The notes: generated from the letters alone by a model not told the origin. Numbered from the stretch's first letter, positions 30,960 through 39,993 are shown. The stretch: 42,303 nucleotides of DNA from a virus (IMGVR_UViG_3300045988_094189:1-42303), one strand, 5' to 3'. Program-made: numbers and translations.

Positions 30960-31305
30960 TGATAGAGAGAGATTAGATGCTATTAAAGCGGCTGTAAGAA
31001 ATGATAAAGATACTCTTGCAGTTATTGAGGAAGTAGGTATCACTATAGAGGATAGACCGACTATTGCAACACCAAGACCTGGCTATAAATGGGTGCCATA
31101 TCAAGCAACAGCAGGTGGAGTTATCACTTGGATAGAAGAAGCTGGTCCTACAGCAGAAGGAACAGCAGACAAACCTATTACATTCAAAGTAGGTATGGAA
31201 GTTAATGTAAACTATTATTACACAGATGGGGTGAAAAAATATGTTTGCATAAAGGGCGGTTTTCCACCGGAACTTGCTGAGGGTGAATACTTTACAGAAA
31301 TATAA
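30952..31305 (+). CDS. Hypothetical protein
   Basis: 117 aa, overlaps the upstream gene by 8 nt. Confidence 0.55.
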   Translation: MASDRERLDAIKAAVRNDKDTLAVIEEVGITIEDRPTIATPRPGYKWVPYQATAGGVITWIEEAGPTAEGTADKPITFKVGMEVNVNYYYTDGVKKYVCIKGGFPPELAEGEYFTEI

Positions 31306-31374
31306 ACAAATTGTCGGATAATGTGACACACTGCCACACCCAAAAATGCTATACTTAAATCGGGAGGTGGCACT

Positions 31375-31530
31375 ATGAGTAACGCAGAGAAGTTCACACA
31401 AATACTCAGAGAGGGTATGGCAGAGCAAGACAGAAAAGACGCATACAAAGTATTAGAGATGTTGTGGGAGTACGACAGGCTCCCGAAATGGAAAAAGATA
31501 ATTCACAGAATAAAACGCAGGCTTAAGTAG
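31375..31530 (+). CDS. Small basic protein
   Basis: Not in the ORF track (51 aa): MSNAEKFTQILREGMAEQDRKDAYKVLEMLWEYDRLPKWKKIIHRIKRRLK. SD GGGAGGTGG lies upstream. The terminator overlaps its 3' end. Confidence 0.5.
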   Translation: MSNAEKFTQILREGMAEQDRKDAYKVLEMLWEYDRLPKWKKIIHRIKRRLK

Positions 31531-31545
31531 TCTGCGTTTTAGTTT
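31512..31545 (+). terminator. Intrinsic terminator
   Basis: aaaacgcag-gcttaagtagt-ctgcgtttt followed by agttt. Confidence 0.65.
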
Positions 31546-31558
31546 GAAAGGATAAGTT

Positions 31559-32548
31559 ATGGCTAAAAGCAAAAAGAACCCTCAAAATGGGCTGACTGGC
31601 ACAATTAACGCTGTAAAAGGTTCACTTGGTGGCAACAAACCTGCGAATGCAATTGCGAGTGCCAAAAACTCACTGGCGAATGCGGCAAACAACGCCAAAG
31701 AAGCATATCAAGAAGCACAAGGCAGAGCGGCTTCGCAACAGGCACAATTGGCAGATGAACGAGAGCAACAGCGACAGCAGGAAGAGCGAGAAAAGCAAAT
31801 GCAGGAGTTTTTAAACAACTACGCGCCATCTGTAGACTTTATGGGCGTCTACAACGACTATGCAAACAGAATGGGGAATATCCTGCAACAGCAGAAAGAC
31901 GCACTAAGTCAGCAGACGACCTCAAAGGCAAGAAGTGCGTATGTCGCCAACGAACAGAGCAAAGCCGAGATACCAAGACTTTTATCAAACGCAGGGTTAA
32001 GCGGCGGAATTGCAGAAAAGGTAAGAGGAAACCAAGACACTTCATATCAGCAGAATATCGCAAACATACTAAGCGAGAACGCAACACAGGGAGCACAGCT
32101 TGAAAGAAACAACGCAAATCTTATCAGTGAAGCATACAAGGAAGCAATGAGCAATCAACAGGCTGTAGACAACGAGAGAGCACTTGCGGCACAGCAGTAT
32201 GCAAACCAGTTAGCACTGCAGCAACAGCAACAGGAATACGCTAGACAGCAGGCGGAACAGGAAGCAGCCGCTTCAATAGCTTCTGCGTCACTTGGCAGGG
32301 TAAGCGGTGATATTTACAAGAAGAAAAACGGCAAAAAAGTGCTTTCAAGTTCGCAGGCTAATCAGATTGCTTCAATTTACAATACTGCAAAGTCAAGCGG
32401 GGCTTCACAGTCAACACTCAATCAGCTAGAATCCGCAATGACGGAAGCGGCAACACAGCGTTGGAATGAGAAGTACGGCTCAAAGAAAAATCCGTCAATA
32501 TCATATAAAGCATACATCAAGAAATATGTTACTGACAGGATATCGTAG
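31559..32548 (+). CDS. Gln/Ala/Asn-rich virion protein (internal/ejection candidate)
   Basis: 329 aa, low-complexity helical sequence (QQAQLADEREQQRQQEEREKQ; LALQQQQQEYARQQAEQEAAA). Confidence 0.5.
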   Translation: MAKSKKNPQNGLTGTINAVKGSLGGNKPANAIASAKNSLANAANNAKEAYQEAQGRAASQQAQLADEREQQRQQEEREKQMQEFLNNYAPSVDFMGVYNDYANRMGNILQQQKDALSQQTTSKARSAYVANEQSKAEIPRLLSNAGLSGGIAEKVRGNQDTSYQQNIANILSENATQGAQLERNNANLISEAYKEAMSNQQAVDNERALAAQQYANQLALQQQQQEYARQQAEQEAAASIASASLGRVSGDIYKKKNGKKVLSSSQANQIASIYNTAKSSGASQSTLNQLESAMTEAATQRWNEKYGSKKNPSISYKAYIKKYVTDRIS

Positions 32549-32560
32549 AAAGGACAAGCT

Positions 32561-33874
32561 ATGAGCAGTAAAAAAAACGTGATACAAGACGCTTATAAAT
32601 CAGGTCTATCGAACCTCTCAGGCGGTGGAGCGCTTAAAGGGTTAGGGCTTGCAAGTCTTGTAACAAAGGCTACAAGTCCTACAGACTTAACAAAATACTT
32701 AATGACAGGGGCAAACCTGATTAATACGGCGGGCAAAGTGAGAAGTGCAATAGACAAGGCAAATAATGCAAGCAGTAAGACAAGCGACGCAGGGGTTACC
32801 AACCCTACCGAGATACCAACAACGGTTTACCCGACAGTTACACCAAGAGCCAACTACTCAGATATGTATAGCGCATATGAACAGGCAATGAACGCAAGGG
32901 CAAACGCCTACAACGCACAGAGCAACGCTGAAGCGGCGGATATTGCACGACAGCTACAGATTATCGGAAATCAGAACAAAAACGCTCTATATGGCACTCA
33001 AGGCGTGAGAGGGCAAGATGTTTCTGAAACCTCACTTCTGCAAAACGAAATGTCGACAGGAACAACTCAAAGCGGTGTAAGGTCTGCCTATGATACAGCT
33101 ATGAGAGAAGTTGGAATGTCAAAAGACCAAAACCTTGCAGAAACAGACAGGCTAATGGGAAATCAGCAGGCCAACTACGAAAACCAAAGGCAAGAGCTTG
33201 CAAACCAGTACCTAAGAGATGTTGACGACTTCAACAGGCAGAAAGAATACAACGCAGAATTAAAAGCCATATCGGACAAAGCCAACGACACAATCTACAA
33301 ACAGCAGGCATTTGAGGACTTTGGCACAGATTACTCTACTGTAAAGGCTTACAACAAGGCAATATCCAAGCTGAAAAGGGATAAAACCCCGAGCAACGAC
33401 TGGAAGATTAACTACCTTAGAGAAAAACGTGACGCACTTCAGAAAGAAGTTGACAAACAGAAACTTGCGGCACAGAAAAACGCATACAGCAAATCGCTCA
33501 CCAAGTACAAATCAACAGACCAAATCGACAGAGCTATTGCCAAGATACTGTCAGACGGAAACACAAGCAATGACTGGAAGCTGCCATATCTGAACAAATA
33601 CCGCACAATCCTCAACAGACAGGAAGTAGCAGCAAGGAAAGCTGCAAAAGCGGCTAAGAAAGGCAGGGGCAAAGGCGGCGGCGGTGGCAAAAGCAAGAGC
33701 CGCAGCAATAACAACAATAATAACAACAATAATAATAATGGCAACAACAAGAAGAAAAAGAAAGATAAATATGCGGGAGTTTCATTAGACAGCTCAAATA
33801 AATTCAATGTAAATTACTTTAACACTCCGGCAAACTTTGATGAAATCAACAGAGCCTTAAAGAAAATAAAGTAG
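32561..33874 (+). CDS. Low-complexity virion protein (internal/ejection candidate)
   Basis: 437 aa. Duplicated segment TPSNDWKINYLREKRD / NTSNDWKLPYLNKYR. The tail reads GKGGGGGKSKSRSNNNNNNNNNNNGNNKKKKK. Confidence 0.5.
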   Translation: MSSKKNVIQDAYKSGLSNLSGGGALKGLGLASLVTKATSPTDLTKYLMTGANLINTAGKVRSAIDKANNASSKTSDAGVTNPTEIPTTVYPTVTPRANYSDMYSAYEQAMNARANAYNAQSNAEAADIARQLQIIGNQNKNALYGTQGVRGQDVSETSLLQNEMSTGTTQSGVRSAYDTAMREVGMSKDQNLAETDRLMGNQQANYENQRQELANQYLRDVDDFNRQKEYNAELKAISDKANDTIYKQQAFEDFGTDYSTVKAYNKAISKLKRDKTPSNDWKINYLREKRDALQKEVDKQKLAAQKNAYSKSLTKYKSTDQIDRAIAKILSDGNTSNDWKLPYLNKYRTILNRQEVAARKAAKAAKKGRGKGGGGGKSKSRSNNNNNNNNNNNGNNKKKKKDKYAGVSLDSSNKFNVNYFNTPANFDEINRALKKIK

Positions 33875-33883
33875 GTGACTTAT

Positions 33884-36800
33884 ATGGCGACAATATTCGA
33901 TAAACTGAATAAAAAAGCTGAAAAGGCAGCTGACAAAGGGGCGAAAAAGAAAAAGAAATATAACCCTCAAAAAAAGCAACAGGTAAAGAGCGGTTCCGTT
34001 TCTGTTGCTAAGAATAAAAAGAAAACCAGTAAAAACCTAACATCAAACGAAGCCTTACTTTTGCAGAACCTATCCCGTACAGGCTCAAAAAAAGTAGTAA
34101 AACAGGGTGTAAAAAACGCTGAAAAGACTTTAAGGACCTCAAAAGCAAAGACAAATGAGTATAAAAACCTCAGTAAAAAGACCGAAAGGAAGAAGTCAAA
34201 GCCAAGTAAGCAGTTATCATCTAACGAAAGTCTGTTACTGCAGAACTTAACAAGAACAGGTACGCCGAATGTAGTCAATAAAGGCTTAAAGGGTGCAGAG
34301 AAAACTTTACGAACCTCAAAAGCAAAGACAAATGAGTATAAAAACCTGAACAAGAGGGTAGCAAAGCAGGACGAAAAGTTTTTAAATTCCTCACCTTTTG
34401 CTTACGGCTTTATGGCGGGAACTTCGCCTATTCCGTTAAAGGAAACACTCGAACTGCAGACAGGTCAGAAAATCGACACGTCCAAAGCAGAGAAGTCTGT
34501 CGGTTACAAGGCAGGCTATATGGCAGGACTTGCGGGCGAATATGCTTTAACTGGCGGCGTTGCTAGAGGTGCTGTAGAGCAGAGTGTAAAGACAGCCTTA
34601 AAACAGGCAGGAAAAAAGGCAGGCAAAGAAGCGGTAAAGGATATCGCCAAAGAAGCAGGCAAGAAAAATCTTGCTAAGGTAGGAAAGAAAATGCTGACAG
34701 GTGCGGCGGCGGATACCATTACAGGCATACCTACAAATGCACTTGAAGCAGGCAAAGAGGCTTCCAAAGCACCTAAAGGCGAAAAGGGTAAGGAATTCGC
34801 AAAGTCACTGGCAGTAAATACAGCCTTTGATGTCGGTATGGGTGCTGCGGGTGAGGTTATTCCTGCGGCAATCAAGTCTGCCAAAGCAGCGAAAGCAAGC
34901 AGGAGTTCGTACATTCCTGCAAACACAGTGCCTAAAGAAAGCAAAAAGGTTTATAAAGAGTATACAAAAGCAAATAATAAGCAGATTGCGGACTATGCTA
35001 AAAAAGTTGAAAACAAAAATCAAGGCAAACAAAAATTTGTAGAAGTAACCAAAGTAAACAAGCCTAACTCAGACAAAATAAATGAGTTGACCGGTGTTGA
35101 TACTACAGGCTATACCATTAAGCTGAGAGGACAAACTTTAGAACAGCATATAACGCCAAGACACGGAGCAAATGGCAAAGCCGACAAATCAATGGCTGAT
35201 ATAAACGACTTATCAAGAATGGGATACATAATAGATAATGCAGACAGAATAGATTATGTGTACGATAAGAACGGACGGCCAAAGGTGAGTAAGGAGTATA
35301 CCAATAAAGACAGTTCGAGAGCAAACTTGATAATGTTTGAGAAGAAAATTGACGGACATTATTATGTTGTGACTGCTGTGCCCGACACAAAAGACAAGTC
35401 TCTGCAGGTAGTTAGTTCATATATAAAAAAGGCGGGTCAGACAGGAAATGAAAAAAACCTTTCCCAGTACGTCCGAAACGCTTCTGAAACCACTACCTTT
35501 AGTGACAGTGTAGCACCGTCCGCAACAGATGTCAAGCCTTTAGATGAGAGGTTGTCAGTCGTTAGAGAAGCAAGGGAAGAAGTTCCGAAAGCCTCAGAAA
35601 ACATATCGTATGAGAATATAACACAACCCGAAATCATCAAAAAGGCTGAACAGCGAAAGGTCCAACAGGTGGCAATGGAGAAATCCGCACTGGAAAAAGA
35701 CTTAGGCGCTGATATTAACAGGATAAAAGGCACAACGGAAGAAAACATCACAGAGTATGGCCAGTATGTTAAAAACGGAAAACGCACAAATGTACCACAG
35801 GCTACAGCATACGGGGAAACCTCACAGGCTGCAGTAAACATTCGTAACAGCAAAGAGTTTGAAAGTGCTAAAGAGGCTATCAACAAGGGTATAAACGAGG
35901 GAAGCTTTGCAAAGCATACAGAAAGTCAGAAAACAGCCTTATCAAACGCAGAGAAAACTATAGCTGATGACGGACTGGACGTTGCAGCCGGGAAAGTGGC
36001 AGGTTATACCGAAAGCACAGCCAAAGTGAAAAAAGAAGTTTCTCAAGATCAGATTATGTTAGGCTACAAGGTGGCGCAGAAATATCTTGACGAGGGCAAT
36101 ATTGAAAAGGCTGTAGATGTTTTATCTGATACAGCAATGATTGAAAGTGAAGCCGGTAGAGCGCTGCAGGCGGCAAGGATATTTTCTTCACTGACACCTG
36201 CAGGCAAAGTTAAATCCGTAACAAAGGCTGCCAACAAACTAAGCAAGGAAAAGAATGTTGACATAACACTCAACAATGAACTGCTTGAAAAGCTGTCAAA
36301 AGCTACAGACGCAGACGAAGCAGCAAGAATACAGAATGATATTGCTGTCGATATGTGGAACCAAGTACCGCCTACCATTATGGATAAAATCAATGCGTGG
36401 AGATATACAAGTATGTTATCATCGCCAAAAACACATATCCGTAACATGCTGGGCAATGCCATGTTTGTACCATTCAGAATAATATCAAACGGGCTGCAGG
36501 TGGGAATGGAAAAAGCCTTTGTAAAGGAAGCAAACAGAACAAGGGCGATATTAAACCCTGCAACAGACAAAAATCTTATAAAAATGGGAGCGGAAGATTA
36601 CAAAAAAGTAGAATTTACGCTTAGAAACAATACAAAGTACATTGACACACGCAGACCTCAGGACGCAAGGGTATATAAACTTAAACCTTTAGAGAGTGCA
36701 AGAAAGTTCGTATCATGGTCTCTTGACGCAGAGGACGGATTGTTTATGAAGTACCACTACTCAAGAGCATATGCAAGGTATCTGAAAGCACAGAAAATCA

Positions 36801-38377
36801 AAGGAAAAGTTCCTGCAGAGGTGGCGGAAAAAGCAAGAGCCTTTGCTTCACAGGAAGCCTTAGAGGGAACATACAGAGACGCAAATGCATTATCTGATTT
36901 TCTCAACAATACAAGGAAATCGTGGGCGAACGCAGATAATAAAGTGTTGGCAAAACTCAGCACAATGATGTTAGATACCACAGTACCTTTTGTAAAAACT
37001 CCTGCCAACATCTTAAAGCAAGGTGTGAGATATTCACCTTTAGGGCTTGCTGAAGGTCTTGTAAGAACAGGAATATATGGTGTTAAAAAGTCATTCAGAA
37101 GCCCTGAACAGGTAAGTAAGATTATCAAAGAAATATCAGAGGGGCTTACAGGTACAGGAGTGACAGCCTTAGGAGCATATCTTGCTTATGAGGGACTGCT
37201 TAATACCTCAATGGATACACAGAGCAAAAAAGGGCAGTACGACAAGATGTTAGGCGAGCAAGAATACTCAGTCAACATAGGCGACTATACATACACTGTA
37301 GACTGGACCATACCGGCGTCAATGCCAATGATGATAGGTGCAGAGATAGCTAAGTTTACACAGGAAAAAGGACTGTCATTTGTCGATACGCTTAACGCCA
37401 TAAGTAACATTGCAGAGCCTTTATTAAATCTGTCAATGCTTAGTGGTATCGAAAACACATTCAATACAGCCTTTTCGCAGGAAAGTACATTTAAAGAGAT
37501 TGCCAAAAACACAGCAGAGGGTTATGTGTCGCAATTCTTCCCAACATTACTTTCGCAAATAGCCAAAACAACAACAGAAACAAGGAAATCAACGACAGCC
37601 ACCAACAAATCACTAGCCGAAAGAGATATGAAAAGGTATCTTAATCAGCTCACAAACAAGATTCCGTTGGCAAACGAAAACCTTGCTGATTACATCAATC
37701 TGTGGGGCGGCAAAGAAACAAAGTATTCAAACTCGGACTATTTTGTAGCATTGTTACAGAATGTATTTTCTCCCGGCACTCTTAAAAAGAAAGAGACAAC
37801 ATCTGTTGATAGAGAGTTGCTATCTTTATATGACAGGCTAGATGACGATACTGCAAACACAATTATTCCGAAAAACACACCAAGCGGATATGGTGTAGCT
37901 TTTGCCGGCACAGAATATCAGATGTCAGAAAAGGATCTGCAAAAATATAAAGAGACGCGAGGCAGGCAATCATATGAAGAAGTTCACAAACTTATAAATA
38001 CCAGCAAATATAGAAATATGAGCGACGAAGACAAGGCGAAAGCTATAAAGGAAATCTATAGCGACGCCGGGACATATGCAAAAGAAGAATTTTTGAGGTC
38101 GAAAGGCGTGTCTGACACAGATATCCAATTCAACAAATTGCATAAAGAAACAAAAGCAAAGTTCAACAATATGCCGTCAAATGTGACAAAAGAAGCGTAT
38201 GTTGCTGTAATGAGTTCAAAAGGCAAGGCTAAAGCAGACACAGACGGAAACGGAAGCATACGACAGGTTGAAGCCGAGGCATATTTAGATACACTGCCAT
38301 ACTCAAACAGCGTTAAGGCGGAACTATGGCAAGCCTACAACGCAAGATGGGCGGCAAGAAATAACCCTTACAGATAG
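33884..38377 (+). CDS. Very large virion protein (polyvalent/ejection-type) with embedded PBECR-like nuclease-toxin domain
   Basis: 1497 aa from ATG 33884 (SD AGGTGA).
- Lys-rich N-terminus with a 59-aa tandem duplication.
- Segment LRGQTLEQHITPRHG...DINDLSRMGYIIDNADRIDYVY...GHYYVVTAVPDTKDKSLQVVSSYIKK at about nt 35100..35430.
- Long helical C-terminal region with hydrophobic segments. Confidence 0.6.
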   Translation: MATIFDKLNKKAEKAADKGAKKKKKYNPQKKQQVKSGSVSVAKNKKKTSKNLTSNEALLLQNLSRTGSKKVVKQGVKNAEKTLRTSKAKTNEYKNLSKKTERKKSKPSKQLSSNESLLLQNLTRTGTPNVVNKGLKGAEKTLRTSKAKTNEYKNLNKRVAKQDEKFLNSSPFAYGFMAGTSPIPLKETLELQTGQKIDTSKAEKSVGYKAGYMAGLAGEYALTGGVARGAVEQSVKTALKQAGKKAGKEAVKDIAKEAGKKNLAKVGKKMLTGAAADTITGIPTNALEAGKEASKAPKGEKGKEFAKSLAVNTAFDVGMGAAGEVIPAAIKSAKAAKASRSSYIPANTVPKESKKVYKEYTKANNKQIADYAKKVENKNQGKQKFVEVTKVNKPNSDKINELTGVDTTGYTIKLRGQTLEQHITPRHGANGKADKSMADINDLSRMGYIIDNADRIDYVYDKNGRPKVSKEYTNKDSSRANLIMFEKKIDGHYYVVTAVPDTKDKSLQVVSSYIKKAGQTGNEKNLSQYVRNASETTTFSDSVAPSATDVKPLDERLSVVREAREEVPKASENISYENITQPEIIKKAEQRKVQQVAMEKSALEKDLGADINRIKGTTEENITEYGQYVKNGKRTNVPQATAYGETSQAAVNIRNSKEFESAKEAINKGINEGSFAKHTESQKTALSNAEKTIADDGLDVAAGKVAGYTESTAKVKKEVSQDQIMLGYKVAQKYLDEGNIEKAVDVLSDTAMIESEAGRALQAARIFSSLTPAGKVKSVTKAANKLSKEKNVDITLNNELLEKLSKATDADEAARIQNDIAVDMWNQVPPTIMDKINAWRYTSMLSSPKTHIRNMLGNAMFVPFRIISNGLQVGMEKAFVKEANRTRAILNPATDKNLIKMGAEDYKKVEFTLRNNTKYIDTRRPQDARVYKLKPLESARKFVSWSLDAEDGLFMKYHYSRAYARYLKAQKIKGKVPAEVAEKARAFASQEALEGTYRDANALSDFLNNTRKSWANADNKVLAKLSTMMLDTTVPFVKTPANILKQGVRYSPLGLAEGLVRTGIYGVKKSFRSPEQVSKIIKEISEGLTGTGVTALGAYLAYEGLLNTSMDTQSKKGQYDKMLGEQEYSVNIGDYTYTVDWTIPASMPMMIGAEIAKFTQEKGLSFVDTLNAISNIAEPLLNLSMLSGIENTFNTAFSQESTFKEIAKNTAEGYVSQFFPTLLSQIAKTTTETRKSTTATNKSLAERDMKRYLNQLTNKIPLANENLADYINLWGGKETKYSNSDYFVALLQNVFSPGTLKKKETTSVDRELLSLYDRLDDDTANTIIPKNTPSGYGVAFAGTEYQMSEKDLQKYKETRGRQSYEEVHKLINTSKYRNMSDEDKAKAIKEIYSDAGTYAKEEFLRSKGVSDTDIQFNKLHKETKAKFNNMPSNVTKEAYVAVMSSKGKAKADTDGNGSIRQVEAEAYLDTLPYSNSVKAELWQAYNARWAARNNPYR

Positions 38378-38387
38378 GAGAAAGAAG

Positions 38388-38714
38388 ATGTTAACAACAA
38401 CCCAAATTATCACAATTATTGGATTTATCTTTGCTTCAAATGGCTTTTGGGCGTTTCTTACAAACCGAAGTCAGCGGAAAAAAGTAAACCTTGAGCAAAT
38501 GCAGACGGATATTGCTGTTCAGAAAAAATCAAACAAGGCACTACTACACGACAGGCTCACAGATGTCTGCCTTTTGTGTATACGGCGGCAGTACGTATTC
38601 CCTGATGAACTCGACAACATAGAGTATATGTTTGAGCCATATGAGGAATTAGGTGGAAACGGCACTGTTAAAAAATTAGTTAAAGACGTTAGAAAACTTC
38701 CTGTAAGGGAATAG
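38388..38714 (+). CDS. N-terminally membrane-anchored protein upstream of the holin
   Basis: 108 aa. TM IITIIGFIFASNGFWAFL, then LHDRL...YEELGGNGTVKKLVKDVRKLP. Confidence 0.55.
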   Translation: MLTTTQIITIIGFIFASNGFWAFLTNRSQRKKVNLEQMQTDIAVQKKSNKALLHDRLTDVCLLCIRRQYVFPDELDNIEYMFEPYEELGGNGTVKKLVKDVRKLPVRE

Positions 38715-38727
38715 AAAGGAGAAAAAA

Positions 38728-38919
38728 ATGTCTAAGAAATGGTTAAAAGCTGCTCTCGTGAGGGCTGTAAAAACGATTGCACAGACAGCAGTTGCAACAA
38801 TAGGCACTTCAATGGTTATCTCGGAGGTTAACTGGGTAATGGTAGCAAGTGCGTCAGTATTAGCAGGAGTAATTTCAATCTTAACTTCTGTTGCAGGACT
38901 GCCGGAAGTGGAGGACTAA
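38728..38919 (+). CDS. Holin
   Basis: 63 aa. ALVRAVKTIAQTAVATIG plus a second TM VMVASASVLAGVISILTSVAG, and an acidic C-terminus. It lies directly upstream of the endolysin. Confidence 0.8.
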   Translation: MSKKWLKAALVRAVKTIAQTAVATIGTSMVISEVNWVMVASASVLAGVISILTSVAGLPEVED

Positions 38920-38920
38920 T

Positions 38921-39664
38921 ATGCGAATCAATGTACATTGTGGGCATAACGCCGCAGGCAGGGTTGCCTGCGGCGCCGTGTCTATCTTAAACGAAAGCAG
39001 AGAGAACAGAAAAGTCGGAAAAGAAGTCATCAGACTTCTGAGAATTGATAATACTGTGTATGATTGTACGGTAGATAATGCGGAAGATGTGAACAAGAAC
39101 CTACAGGAGATCATAGCAAAATGCAATGCTCACGAAGTTGACCTTGATGTTTCAATTCACTTTAACAGCGGAGCGAAAAACAAGAAAGGCAACGGTAAGG
39201 TTACTGGCACAGAAGTATGGGTTACCGAAAACAAGGGCATAAAAAGAGTTGTCGGCGAAAACATATGCAACAATATGAAACGATTAGGCTTTACGAATCG
39301 TGGGATAAAGAAAACAAGCGGACTTTATGTCCTTAATCACACAAAGGCAAAAGCAATTCTTATAGAGGTATGCTTCGTTGACGACTTAGACGACGCAAGG
39401 CTGTACCGCAAGGTAGGTTATAAGGCTGTGGCAAGAGCCATTGCGGAGGGAATTGTCGGCCACAAAATCGACGAAAGACCAAAGTATAAGGCGGTGAGGA
39501 ATGTCAATATCAGAAAATCCCCTACAATCCACTCAGATAAGCTAGGAGCAATTAAAAAGGGTGAGGCAATAAAGGGTATACCCGTAGAGAATAACTGGCT
39601 GAAAACGGACAGGGGATATGTAAGAATCAAAGGCCTTAAAACATACTTAAAGAGGGAGAAATAA
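38921..39664 (+). CDS. Endolysin: N-acetylmuramoyl-L-alanine amidase (Amidase_3) + SH3-like binding domain
   Basis: 247 aa from ATG 38921 (SD GGAAGTGGAGG). Zn ligand pattern HCGH..NESRE..SIHFN..EVCFVD. The C-terminus YKAVRNVNIRKSPTIHSDKLGAIKKGEAIKG..NNWLKTDRGYV is SH3-like. Confidence 0.9.
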   Translation: MRINVHCGHNAAGRVACGAVSILNESRENRKVGKEVIRLLRIDNTVYDCTVDNAEDVNKNLQEIIAKCNAHEVDLDVSIHFNSGAKNKKGNGKVTGTEVWVTENKGIKRVVGENICNNMKRLGFTNRGIKKTSGLYVLNHTKAKAILIEVCFVDDLDDARLYRKVGYKAVARAIAEGIVGHKIDERPKYKAVRNVNIRKSPTIHSDKLGAIKKGEAIKGIPVENNWLKTDRGYVRIKGLKTYLKREK

Positions 39665-39756
39665 TGCTAGCAACAGATGTTTTAAAAAGGCTGAAAAGGC
39701 AAAACTTAATTCTGACTATTGCAGTATGCGTACTGCTGATTAAGAAAAGAGGCTAA
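39664..39756 (+). CDS. Possible 30-aa membrane peptide after the endolysin
   Basis: MLATDVLKRLKRQNLILTIAVCVLLIKKRG. The ATG overlaps the endolysin stop. No SD beyond coupling, so this is speculative. Confidence 0.3.
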   Translation: MLATDVLKRLKRQNLILTIAVCVLLIKKRG

Positions 39757-39762
39757 CCAAAA

Positions 39763-39984
39763 TTGAGAAAGGTAGTAAAGGTATGCGAATTTATTGAGCC
39801 GGAACTGGACCAGTTCAGGGCAATATGTAATTTCGTAGGGCTTGAAAAAGAAGTATTTGAATTAAGAGCAAGAGGTTATTCATTATATGAGATGTCAGAT
39901 ACACTTGACGTTGATTACGATACTGTCAAGAGAACAAGCCAAAAGGTCACGCACAAAATCATAAAAGCAATTCCATACACTTAA
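39763..39984 (+). CDS. Small sigma-70 region-4 / LuxR-type HTH regulator
   Basis: LEKEVFELRARGYSLYEMSDTLDVDYDTVKRTSQKVTHKI. TTG start at 39763, or ATG at 39783. Confidence 0.6.
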   Translation: MRKVVKVCEFIEPELDQFRAICNFVGLEKEVFELRARGYSLYEMSDTLDVDYDTVKRTSQKVTHKIIKAIPYT

Positions 39985-39993
39985 TACACTCTT

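Noticed and set aside
33439-33807. 122-aa minus-strand ORF rich in poly-Leu.
   Set aside because: It is the antisense translation of the Asn/Lys/Gly homopolymer codon runs of gene 32561..33874, and is not an independent gene.
33884-38377. Annotating the 1497-aa protein simply as a tape measure protein.
   Set aside because: It follows rather than precedes the fibre genes. It is not preceded by a chaperone pair with a frameshift signal, and no tail tube gene is evident. The possibility is kept open in the findings, but it is not used as the call.
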